Shown: positions 35,801 through 47,895 of the stretch, piece after piece
Position numbering within the stretch: position 1 is the first letter of the stretch
How the letters are laid out: the number at the start of each line of letters is the position of its first letter
Program-made: the position numbers and the translations under genes
DNA from: Octopus bimaculoides
Taxonomy: Eukaryota
Reading direction: 5' to 3'
Length of the DNA stretch: 64,000 nucleotides
Assembly (NCBI RefSeq): GCF_001194135.2
Contig: NC_068983.1
Coordinates: forward strand, 149,250,051 to 149,314,050
The notes under the pieces: model-generated
What the model was told of the DNA's origin: nothing
The model's database searches: none
Seen by the model: only the letters and a program-made list of their open reading frames with translations

Positions 35801-38800
35801 CTAAAAATAAATGAATTAATTGAATAAATAAATAAAATAAACACAAAAAGTAATTTAATTCATTTTATATGAACTTGAGAAATAATATTAAACATCATAA
35901 GTACCCATTTGAAACTGAAAGGAATAAGAGAGCGACTGAAGGGACTCAAACCACATATTTATTGCTTGCCATGCAATGAATCACATTAGCAGTTACACTA
36001 CAGGGTATAACTGTTACAAAACTAGGTTTTAGCCTTCTAACTAATACTTTATATTAGTTGGCTGCAAACCAGTGGTGACTCAACTAGCAGATGAGTAGGC
36101 TAACTCCAATTTTTACAAAATTCAGCCCTTAAGACAGTAATATATCAAAATATAATAAAATCAGAGGGTCACATATCATAAATCTATCATGACAAATCTT
36201 ACAAGGATTACTCAGCAGTAACATCTACAAAGAATCCTCAAGAACCTAACAAAACCTTCAACAAGTACAAGAACAGCAACCTTAATGAAGCTGACCCAAT
36301 GAAGAAATTTCTATTCTGTCACCCACCCTGCTAATAATAGCAGTTCAATCTCTCTCAAATGACACCATAACATTTTGCATGGCTGTGTGGTAAGTAACTT
36401 GCTTACCAACCCACATGGTTCTGGGTTCAGTCCCACTGCATGGCACCTTGGGCAAGTGTCTTCTACCATAGTTTCGGGCCGACCAAAGCCTTGTGAGTGG
36501 ATTTGGTAGACGGAAACTGAAAGAAGCCTGTCATAAATATATATATGTGTGTGTTTGTCCCCCACCCCCACCATCGCTTGACAACCGATGTTGGTGTGCT
36601 TACATACCCATAACCTAGCAATTTGGCAAAAGGGACTGACAGAATAAGTACTAGGCTTACAAAGAATAAGCTCTGGGGTCGATTTGTTTGATTAAAGGTG
36701 GTGCTCCAGCATGGCCACAGTCAGATGACTGAAACAAATAAAAGAACCAAAGAATGTAGTCCGAGACATTCAAAGCTACAGATTTTAGCATTCAGGGTTG
36801 ATGAACCAAAATAACTTCAACAAGACCTGTTGAGGCAAGTGAAATCAAAATCGAAATCGAATCAAATTCGACGACTGGCACCCATACCAACTTTTCCTTC
36901 ATTGAACACTAAACTCTGCTTGCAAAGACCTGTTGAGGCAAGTGAAATCGAAATCGAACCAAATTTGATGACTAGCACCCGTGCCAGTGGAGCACTAACA
37001 GCACCATCCAAGCGGGATCATTGCCAGAGCAGCTGCTTGGCTTACGTGCCAGTGGCATGTAAAAAGCACTATTTGAGCGTGATCATTACCAGCGTCGCCT
37101 TACTGGCACTTGTGCCGGTGGCACGTGAAAAAACATTCGAGCGAGGTCGTTGCCATTTCCATTGGACTGGCTCCCGTGCAGGTGGCACTTAAAAAACACC
37201 ATTTGAGCCTAGCCATTGCCAGTACTGCATGACTGGTCCTTGTACCGGTGGCACGTAAAAGCACCCACTACACACTCGGAGTGGTTGGCATTGGGAAGGG
37301 TATCCAGCTGTAGAAACTCTGCCAGATCAGATTGGAGCTTGGTACAGCCATCTGATTCACTAGTCCTCAGTCAAATCGGCCAACCCATGTTAGCATGGAA
37401 AGCGGACGTTAAACGATGATGATGATGATGAAGGATAAGCACTGTCACAACATTAACCATTAACCACAGAATAACAACACTATTTCTTGCAACAGAACTT
37501 CCTTATTGATAAACGAACAAATAGATCCAAAAATGAAATCATCACCATCATCATTTAATATACATGTTCCATGCTGGTATGGATTTGATAGTTTCAATTG
37601 GTTTAAGGACTACATCAAGCTCCAGTGTCTGCTTTGGCATGGTTTCAATGGCTGAATGCCCTTTCTAATGCAACCACTTTATAGCAAGTACAGAGTGCTC
37701 TCATTTGTGCCGCCAGCACTAGTGAAGTCACCATTCAGCTCACATGGCTATGAACCCCAAGGAAGTGGGGGTCAGCTTTAAGCTAGGAGATGAGAGGTTA
37801 AAGTATAAGCAAAGGGGACAGAGCAGGTTCTTTTTATAAAGGAGCTACATGACTACTCACAAGTAGGTAAAGCTGCAATAAAATAAGAATTCATAAACCA
37901 GTTACAGTAGAACATACTTGTACTGTCAGATGTTAGAAAGTAAGTAATGCTTCATAGATGAGATTAATATAGGGAAAGTAAGCCTCTATATGGTTTCTTG
38001 ACCTGCTAGAAATAACAAACAAATCACCTTCAAATTACAGCCCATCATCTAAAAGAAGAAACGACAGACAGAGTAGTGTAGTCCTAGTTACACTATGCTT
38101 GAAAAAAATGACAGGTACGGTCACAACTAGAATGCCTTCAATTGTAGTTTTGAAAAATCGCAGCTGAGTGAGAGCTAAACAACATTAGGATAAATCATTA
38201 TTATCATTGTTTAATGTCCTCCTTCCATGCTGGCATGGGTTGGATGGTTTGACAGAAGCTGGCCAGGCAGAAGACTGCACCATACTTTTGTGTTTGTTTT
38301 GGCATGGTTTTTTAAGCTGGATGCCCTTCCTAACACCAGCCACTCCGCAGAATGGGTTGAGTGCTTTTTACGTGGCACCAGCACAGGTGAGGTCAGTTTT
38401 GACATGGTTTTTCCAAATGCCAACCACTTACAATGTGGATTGGATGCTTTTCTAAGTGGCACTTGCACTGGCAGGGTCACCAAGGAACTTTGCAACACAA
38501 GGAATCTTTGAAAGGGGAAGGGGCATAGGAGGATGTGATCTTGTGCCAGATGATGGAAGGTTAGAGTGTGACAGAGAGACAGAAACAGATGTCTTGCTGT
38601 AGAGGAGGTACATGGTTACCCTACCAGAGAAAGAGGGGGAGGTGAAAGATAGATAGAGAGAAAGGGAGAGAGGGTTAACAAGAAAGAGGAGAGAAAACAG
38701 GTGTGCTACTGTAAAGGAGATATATATGGTTACCTAGCAGGAGGGGAGAGCAAGAAAAGAAGAGAGAGAGAAAGTGATCGAGAATGAGGGCAGAAACAGG

Positions 38801-41800
38801 TGTGCTGCTGCAGATACGTGGTTACCAGAGAGAGAGATAGTGGGGGGAGAAAGAGTCAACAAGAAAAGGGACAGGAACAGGTATGCTGCTGTAAAGGAGA
38901 TACATGGTTACCTAGTAAGAGAAGGAGACAGTGATCAAGAATGAGGGCAAAAACAGGAGTGCTATTGTAGAGGAGATACGTGGTTACCCAGCAAGAGGGA
39001 AGAACAAGGAAAGAGAGAACATGCAGATAAATTGCTATTTATAAACAGCTGAAGAAACATTCATCATCATCATCGTTTTAACATCCACTCTTCTATGCTT
39101 CATATTATGAAGGAAAAGGTTGTTTTCAACCAAGACCTAACTATAGTTGATGGAATTAACAGATTGTGAGTTACTGAAATTAACAAAATAAATATTGCAG
39201 AATGAGACAGAAGCAATTCTAAAAGATGAAGTCTTCAGTGACATGACAGTGTTAATAAATTAGAAGATTATCATAAGCTATTATTGCTATCAACGTTGAT
39301 AAAAGCACGAATGTTATACTAATTCCTTACATTTACATTGTACTTCTAAATAGAAATTGTTTTAAGAGAAGGGAAATAACAATGAGAACATTAAGTTCGA
39401 ACCACAAAACGTTGCCAAGAGTGGTCTACCTTACCTATACATTGGATTCGCTCTCTGTTCACGTTTCTTGATTTTGTCACGTTCGCGTTTCATCATATCT
39501 TTTGATAGCACGTTATTATCTTCCATGGTATCGGCTGGTACGAGTTGCATGCCACCATCACCAACATATACAATTGACATTCCTTTGGTCATAGGGTGGC
39601 CACCTCCAACACAAGGATCAATATTTCTGTAAAGACAATGACAAAATAACAAAACTGAAATTATCCTTTAAATTGGATCTTAAAAATTACTGACAATCAA
39701 AACCAAAACTTAAATGAAAAATCAGTCAATTTTTTCTTTATATATTAAAATAGCTATATCCAAAAATTAAATCAATGTCACATACTTAGATTGCTTGGAG
39801 ATTACTACTAGAGCTATGGTGTTTGCCACTATAAAATGATTAAGATAAAAAGCATCATGGAAGTGCATTTCATATGACCTACCTCTCTGGAGCAATGGAG
39901 TGAGATGAGATGCCAGAATCCCTTTGTGCTAGAAACGCTTGCAAAGTCTGGGTTTCTAGAATTTCCACCAAATCTTCAGCCTGGATAACTTTATTACCAA
40001 CTTTGCTATCATCATCTAACATCAAGTAGCTGGAGTCAATAGTTCCCTTTGAACAGTTGTCCACTTGAGCCAGACGTTTTGACGAGAGGGCAGCACTAAG
40101 TAATTTGTTGCCATCAAGTGAGCTGGTTTCTACAACAGTTTCGGCACCAAGAGTATCAGGAACACAACCTGAAATGCAAAACGATGTTATGTTATAATTA
40201 TTATCAAATGAATACCAAAAATTGTCATCAATATAGGCACAGGCATGGCTATGCTTATATTGATGTGCTTTCCAACCACATGGTTCAGGTTTCAGTCCCA
40301 CTGCATGGCACTTTCAGTTAGTGTCTTCTACTATAGCTGAACAAAGCCTTAAGTGGATTTGGTAGACAGAAACCGAAAGAAGGCTATTGTGTCTGTGTGT
40401 GTGAGTGTATCTGTGTTTGTCACACCCCCACACCCCCACCTGACAACTGGTACTGGTATATCTATGACCTCATAACTTAGCAGTTCAACAAAAGTGACTG
40501 ATAGAATAAGTACCAGGCTTTAAAAAACAAGTACTGGGGTCAATACATTCGACTAAAAATTTAAGGTAGTGCCCCAGCATGGCCACAGTCCAATGACTGA
40601 AACAAGTAAAAGATAAAAAAATAAAAGAAGTGTTACATATTTTTGATTTTGTTCTAAGCCTTTTATCATCACATTTTATTTTTTGCAATGAATAAATCTT
40701 CATCTTTATCTTCTGTTTTAGGTTTAGTATTTTTTTATAGTAACAAAGGGTTTTTCTCATTCTGTAATCATACACTGATCATATGGAGTATATATATATA
40801 TATATACATACACAATGGCAGTCTGGCCAGGTTATAAGCTTGCTCAATGGCAAGTGGGCCCTTTAAGACATTGAAGTCCATATATGGGGGGGGGGGTCTG
40901 TGCAAGTACATAAGGGGCTCATGAAAGAATAAAGATTTTAAAAAAAACAAATAAAACATTAGACAAAGCAATTGGTCAAAGAATTCCCTAAGGAGCTGCT
41001 CGGCTTCTATGCCGGTGGCACATAAAAAGCACCATTTAAGCGTGATCATTACCAGCGTCGCCTTACTGGCACATGAACAAAACATTCGAACGAGGTCATT
41101 GCCAGTGCCGCTGGACTGACTCCTGTGCAGGTGGCATGTAAAAAACACCATTCGACCATGGCCATTGCCAGTACCGCCTGACTGGCCCTTGTGCTGGTGG
41201 CACATAAAAGCACCCACCACACTCTCAGAGTGGTTGGTGTTAGGAAGGGCATCTAGTGGTAGAAACTCTGCCAAATCNNNNNNNNNNATATACATATATA
41301 TATATACACATTGATAGTGAAACAATGGCAATAAATTAAATGTAGAGAAACTGAAGTATCATCATCATCATCATTTAATGTCTGCCTTCCGTGCTAGCAT
41401 GGGTTAGAAAGAAATAAGCTGATCCACAAGTATTCAATTTAAAGACTGAGTGAAATTGCTATTTATCCCCATGTTGACCTCCAGCCATGACTATTCCCAT
41501 TTTTGTGTAAATTCAAGACACCATTATCTGTGTTCTTCCATTTTTAGACAGTAGATGGTGATTTGAGGGAGATTCAGTTGCTAGTTCAAGCAAGTTGAGC
41601 AACCACATAGAGGCTCAATTGAACAAAGTGGATATAGATGATAATGACAACAACAATGATGAGAACTGACAGAAAATGATGATATCAGAAAGATAACACC
41701 ATTGCACTACAGCCACATATAACTGAATCAACACTTAAAATCCACACACATACCAGAAGGAAATATTCCTTTATCACTATTCTTCTATCAGTGTAGGAGA

Positions 41801-43059
41801 ATAATCAGGAAGAATTCAGTACCTTGTCCAAAGAACTATACAGTTTCAATAGCTTTGTAGGAGCTCCCGACTCATCTAATCAACCACTGAAAACCATGTC
41901 TTGCTTCTAAATTCACAAATGATCAAATCATATTGTTCAGTTACTTTTCTAGCCATAGGCTGGACTTAAACCATTATGAGACGGATAAATTTTATCCTAT
42001 CGATCAATATCAAGCCAATCAGCAATTATGACCACCAATCCCAATGGTAATTATCTTCTCCACTACGGCAGAAAACAGTATCAGAAGAATGGTTGGTTTG
42101 TAAACTTGTACAATCAGCCAAAAGCTTCCAACCCAAAACTAAAAGTGTTCAATAACATTGTTGTCAATAGTAATTAATTTCTGTAGCAATGATAGTAATC
42201 TAAAGATAAGCCCTTGCTGAATCATACCTACAACTTGGTTTCAATTGCTACTTTCATTTCATTCCACTAGCATACCCAATATTTTTGAATAAAATGTAAA
42301 TGAAATACAATCTCATTTCAACCCATTATAAATCTAATAGAGATGAAGAAATACTATTTTTACAACTGGCATAAACTTTCTAACAAGTCAATTAAACGGT
42401 GATAGAGCGAGCATGGTATCTATCTTTCACAGAGGTAGGATGAGGACAATTAGGCAATGTGAATGCTTAACTATTAAGTCTGTGGAATACCACTCTGACT
42501 ACACAGCTTTCAAGTCACATATAGAAAATGTAATGAATGGTGAAGTATAAAGAAAAATTTACTTACTTTTGTTATCTGTGAAATCTCGGTCATTAATAGT
42601 GGTAACATCCAGATCACTGCAAGAACTGTCTGTCCTCAGCAAACCACTGGACATTTCATGACTAGCTAAATGGTCAATGCCTATAATGGCATGAGCAGGA
42701 GATGGTGAGGATGTGTGATGAGCAGCAGTAAACAATGTGGCAGTTGTCGAGGGTACTTGATTATGACTGACCTCCACTAAGTGGGACTGAATAGAGTTGC
42801 TTTGCTGATGAGGAGCCAGTGGGTCTTGGTGGCAGTCAGCATGTTTATCCTCTTCATCTTCATTGGCCAGGCCAACTCGATAATCAGCAAAAGCTGGAGG
42901 CATGATTACTGATGAGTAACTAATCAATTCTGTAGTGTCTGCCCTGCTGACACGCTCTTTTGAGCTCAGCTGAGTTTTCTCAACAGTGAACAGAGATGGC
43001 AAGTAACCCACACTGTGTCTAACATCAGTCACTTCTCTCTTTCTACATGTTGCCATCAT
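35272..43059 (-). CDS. Uncharacterised 499-aa protein with four basic 21-22-aa helical repeats; spliced gene span, 4 coding exons, 1500 nt
   Basis: Four ORF segments with strong GT-AG sites and matching phases (1, 2, 2). Sizes 493+286+192+529 nt. Additional undetected exons are possible. Confidence 0.85.
36378..36753 (+). mobile_element. CORE-type SINE, family B, full length
   Basis: tRNA-like head GGCTGTGTGGTAAG...GGGTTCAGTCCC and CORE-like CACCTTGGGCAAGT. Other copies near 11420-11508, 12300-12445, 40242-40627, 45801-45990, 49451-49814, 50960-51118 and 60312-60464. Confidence 0.88.
36820..37430 (+). mobile_element. RTE LINE 3'-UTR copy with four 64-66-bp tandem units and (GAT)n tail
   Basis: Same units and tail as 5730-6189. 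Further copies or fragments near 16715-16840, 22128-22255, 28015-28150, 33800-33910, 38200-38420, 40990-41277, 48540-48820 and 56190-56340. Confidence 0.85.
38583..38988. repeat. Minisatellite of five ~40-bp cores (AAACAGGTGTGCT.CTGTA.AGGAGATACATGGTTACC) separated by GA-rich spacers
   Basis: Cores start near 38583, 38695, 38794, 38876 and 38950. Confidence 0.8.
39435..39626 (-). CDS. Coding exon 3 (NIDPCVGGGHPMTKG...KRERDKIKKREQRANPMY)
   Basis: TCTTTACAG acceptor, AG|GTAAGG donor, phase 2-2. The repeat unit continues across the junction. Confidence 0.88.
39883..40168 (-). CDS. Coding exon 2 (CVPDTLGAETVVETSS...SHSIAPE)
   Basis: CATTTCAG acceptor, AG|GTAGGT donor, phase 1-2. Confidence 0.85.
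42567..43059 (-). CDS. First coding exon (MMATCRKREV...DFTDNK); the exon starts at the 43115 acceptor
   Basis: In-frame TAA TGA just upstream. ATGATGG start. A|GTAAGT donor, phase 1. His/Ser-rich low-complexity translation. Confidence 0.82.
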
Positions 43060-43895
43060 ACACTCGAACAATCATTATTTTCCTATTTCACTCTTAAGGG
43101 ATCTCATCAACATGGCTGTAGAGAAAAAGCAAAAAGAACACTGGTAAACAAACATTAAACACTACAAATTAAACAAAAAAAAATCAAATTTTATATATAT
43201 ATATAAATATATATATAAGGGAGGGGGATTTGTGAAAGAAACTTCCATATTCATCTTAATGAAAATAACCATTTCTTTGTGTTGTTGCTGTTAAGTCCAG
43301 TTCTGCCACAACTGAGCAAACCTGTGATCAAAAGCAGTCTAACAGTAACTGTATTGTCGCTTTTTCAAGTATACTACATGCAGGACTATATCAACATTAT
43401 CGTCTTACTTTTTAATACACTTATGTATGGTTTCAATGAGACTTAGTTGTTGTTTCTAGCTGATCAAGTGACCATGAGGTTCCTCATTGACTCTAAAAGA
43501 AGATATTTATTGCTGATCAAGTTGATAGGATACAAAAGAAAAAAGAAATCAACATTATCTATCTCATCAGCGGTGCTGACACTTATACCACTAGCAAAGA
43601 AACTTAACTTTTGAAAGCCCAATATACCAAGCAGAAAACAGAAATAATGGAAGGTAAAGTTTACTCTTACAGGTGGTGTGAAGAGGAATTTGTGATTAAA
43701 ATGTTTCGAAGCACAGTCAAATAATTTTACATTTTTTCACAGTGTTTTACTGGTTAAAGATATCTTCAATTGTGATCCAGCATCCCAATATGTTATGTCA
43801 TTATTTTAGACCTAAACACTTGAAATCAAAAAATTTAATTTAAAAAGGACATCATCTATACAAAATACTTTCATAAACACTCTTAAATTTCTTAA

Positions 43896-44115
43896 CCCTT
43901 TAGCAGTTATACTGGCCATATCAGGACCAAATACCCTTCTTGTTTTATGTTCAAACTGGCCAGATCCAGCCTCTCAAACCTACCCTACAATGTCATTTTA
44001 AAAATACACAATTATATCATTGAAATCTCCAAGTTATGAGATAATGCATGGTTAATTCAAAACAATGCGAATCAATAGGTACTACATTTGACAGAGTAAT
44101 CTCATTGCTAAAGGG
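43896..44115. mobile_element. piggyBac-type MITE, 220 bp
   Basis: TTAA TSD on both sides (43892-95, 44116-19). Perfect 10-bp TIR CCCTTTAGCA/TGCTAAAGGG. A degenerate copy lies near 20512-20727. Confidence 0.88.
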
Positions 44116-45240
44116 TTAATGTAAAAAGTCTACTAAGCAATGTATTATTACAATTACAAAATATTTAAATATAATCCATAACTTTTTATAATCCTTTTTT
44201 TGGTTATCTCTAGAGGAAGCCGAAAATATTTCACAACTTGTGAATGATAAGCTTAACATTGTATGTACTACTCTATATTATAATTACATAAAGACCCTCA
44301 TGCAATGGCGAAGTTTATCAAGGGGATTGGAAACTCTGGTTCAGTACTAAGTGATTCCCCATCACTTTTATCAGGCATATAGTGGGTCTTGAACTTAGTA
44401 CAAGGTAACAAAATAATTATCAATTACCTAGTATTTCCACACCTAACAGCAGTAACTTGCACCTATGTGCAGTAATCTATTTGCAAACAAGTTGACTGTA
44501 TCTGTGATAAGTTAAATATTTTGGGCATGAACACTACAAATGATGGAGCATGGAACCATCAAACTCACACTGATTAATGCTGACTTACATTCTAAATAGA
44601 AGTTTTAAATTTGCATAGACCCACAAAGCATGGAGGAAGGTGAATTTGATTTAACTAACAACAGTATTAGACAGGCAATGATTTATTGATCTCTGAAGGA
44701 TGTAAGGATTTAAAATAAGAAAAGTAAAGGGCTCTCATTCTTAATAAAGCATTGCTGACTGAAGGATACATATATTCAAACAACAGAATTTTGAATAAGG
44801 TAGATTGAACCAACAAGACACAGCCTAGGAAAACATGACAATAATAATAATGGTTTCAAATTTTAATATTTTGGGGGAGGGGATGACTCAGTTACATTGA
44901 CCACAGTACTTCACCGGTACTTAATTTATCAATCCCGAAAGGATGAAAGGCAAAGTCAACCTTGGCAGAATTTGAACTCAGAACATAGCAACAGGTGAAA
45001 TATCACTAAGCACTTCATCCAGCGTGCTAACAATTCTGCCATCTCACCGACTTAAAGACAATAATAATAATGGCAGCAGCATAAAAAGGGAAATAATTTT
45101 GATTGGCTTTAGATGAAAATTATGATGACAATGATACTAACAATGTCAAAAATATTAGAAATGTCAAAAAGGTCTAAGAGAGAGAGTAGGAAAAGAAATT
45201 AGCTTTAACTAAATATAAAATATATGTGATTATGTCTTAC

Positions 45241-45489
45241 CTATGTTGTATATGTAGCTGGTCCCTATGGGAGAACTAGCCACATTGAAACCCCTATTAC
45301 AAAGCAGCATGCCCACATACAAACTGGTGGTCAATACACCTGTAGCAGTAAAAATAGAAAACAGAATGTTAGGACAAAAATATACCAAATTTGTGAAATA
45401 AGAAGTTAAAAAAGTGTTGTTCTTTAAAGCTGAGCTCAATAAAATAAGTACCAGTATCATACTAGTACTAAAAGGATATCCAACATTGC
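45241..45489 (-). other. Candidate upstream exon of the minus-strand gene (249 nt, open reading frame throughout, phase 1-1)
   Basis: TTTATTTCTCAG acceptor and AG|GTAAGA donor. Hydrophobic translation. No transcript evidence available. Confidence 0.5.
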
Positions 45490-47371
45490 CTGAGAAATAA
45501 AGCACTCATTCGTTGGCTAATTATTTGAATTTGAATCATTTATTCTCTTCATTCATTCATTCATTCATTCATTATGAGTCATCTTCCAAGCTGGCATATG
45601 TTGGATATGTACATATTTGAGACAAGATTTTACACCCACTTGCTCTTCTTGTCACTAACACTTAACTGTTTTCCAAACAAGGAACTTTTTATTCTACTGA
45701 GCTTTGGGATGTTTTGCTCACAAGGAATGCAAATATGACACTGTTGTTTCTGCATAGACAGTCTCATGCAAAGAAGTGAAAAATGACATTCACTTACTCA
45801 CACACAGCCTTGATGTATAGTTAAGAGACTTGCTGACCTATCAAGCTGTTCTGGGTTCAGTCTCACTGTGTGGTGCCTTGGGCATGTGTTTTCCACTATA
45901 GTCCAGGGCCAACCAAAGCCTTGTGAGTAGATTTGGTAGATGGAAACTGAAAGAAGCCCACTCTGTGTGTGTGTGTGTGTCTGTGTCTGCATGCACATAT
46001 GGGTGTCTGTGTGTTTATTTACATTTGTGCTTCTCCAAAAATCACAAATATGGGTGGTGATGTTGCTATCATTTACCCTGTTGAATCATTCAATGGCTTT
46101 GGGTCTTCAAAGATGTGTGGAATAATATAACCCATACTTGAAAAACAAGTAAAGGTTAATGACAGGAATGGCGTCCAGCTATGAATCAATGCTTCAAAAG
46201 TACATTTGTCTATTGCATGCTAGCATTGAAAAATAAAAGTAAAAGCAAACAACATATAGGTGTGTGCAATTATATCCAACATGTTTAGGTACACTTATGT
46301 GCAGAATCTGCCCCAAGAAAGAAATTCTCCTAGTAAAACTAGCACTCAACAGGTTACAATGATGAGGGTTCCAGTTGATCCGATCTATGAACTGCCCACT
46401 CATGAAATCAACATGCAAGTGGCCGAGCACTCCAGACACATGTACCCTTAACATAGTTCTCGGGGAGATTCAGCGTGACACAGAGTGTGACAAGGCTGGC
46501 CCTTTGAAATACAGGTATTACTCATTTCTGCCAGCTGAGTGGACTGGAGCAAACTCAGGATTTTAAAATCATGAGCCAAATAACCTAACCGCTAAGCCAC
46601 GTGCCTTCACTCCTTGTAAAAAAAAAACTTGTGAAAACACACTGCTACGACATGAGTGACATCATTGGACTGAAGACACAAATGTGATTTTGTGTTATTA
46701 AGCTTCATCAGCTACGGATACCTAATTCATTGCTCATAGCCCACTAAGAACAGCAGTTCTTATATGTAAACAGCAAAGAGTACATTTACTGATGTGCGCA
46801 AAGCAAAATTAACTCAAGGCACATGAAGCAGTGTTGATTGAAATATAGATGTGTACAGTTATGTTTAGCACATTCATGTTCACTCAAACATAGAAAGACC
46901 CTTGCTACAGAAATTATCTATAAAGGAAAATTTTCCTTATAGACAATATATACGAAAACACATTACTAAGCTATGCAAAATGTCATCAGCTTGCATTTCT
47001 GCATCATTATGCAAAGAATTTATATGGAGAATTTTTCTCTTGAGACAATTTCTAACAGCAAAGGTCTTTCCACATCCAAGTGTGCATGAATGTGTTTTTG
47101 CACAAATGTGCACAGCTGTGTTTCAATCAATGCTACTTTGTGCACCTTTAATTAAAAATGAATATATAAAGACATGACAGGCTACCAAACGGATTCACTC
47201 TGTCAATTCCATTGACCTGAGACTATAGTAGGAAAAACCTTCCACAAAGGGTGACTGAGCCTGAGATGACATAATTGCAAAGTGAATTCCTTAACTACAA
47301 AGTCATGCCTGTGCACAATGAAATAAAACAAAGATATTCCAGTCATTATATCTTTAATACAAGAATGTATG

Positions 47372-47403
<32 letters not shown>

Positions 47404-47411
47404 TATATTTA

Positions 47412-47608
47412 CAAGGGGGTGCTGAAAAGTTCCTGGCTTTGGGTAAAAGAAAATACAGGAGGGTCAGTTAATTACGATTTTATTCAACATATTAGCCTCT
47501 CAGATTCACACACTTATTCCTTCAGTTTTTCTATGCCCTGTAAAAGAACTTGGAAAGGTAGGGTCTCCAACCAGGCCTTTCATGGATACCCTTAAAGCCA
47601 GGAACTTT
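47412..47608. mobile_element. Mariner-type MITE with a truncated right TIR
   Basis: Left end TA|CAAGGGGGTGCTGAAAAGTTCCTGGCTTT. Perfect 15-bp inverted match AAAGCCAGGAACTTT at 47594-47608. Confidence 0.7.
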
Positions 47609-47862
47609 ATATATGGGTTAGTCCACAGTACTCTAGAAAGAGCATAGGACCCAGTTTACCAGTTCCTCTGGTGTATATATTCTTCCCTGGGCAGGACACC
47701 AGCCCATTGCAGGCTTTCTCATTTTCATCAGCTGAGTGGACTGGAGCAATGTGTAATGAAGTGTTTTGCTCAAGAACACAACACATTGTCAGGTCCAGAA
47801 ATCAAAACCACAATCTTACAATCACAAGTCCAACACCCTAACCACTAAGCCATGCACCATCA

Positions 47863-47895
<33 letters not shown>

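Noticed and set aside
38583-38988. CRISPR-like repeat-spacer array
   Set aside because: Eukaryotic context, degenerate cores, low-complexity related spacers of unequal length, and no cas genes.
43072-43077. A-to-I recoding of TAA TGA to TGG TGG, fusing the two ORFs
   Set aside because: It needs three simultaneous edits and I see no local dsRNA partner. Speculative without editing data.
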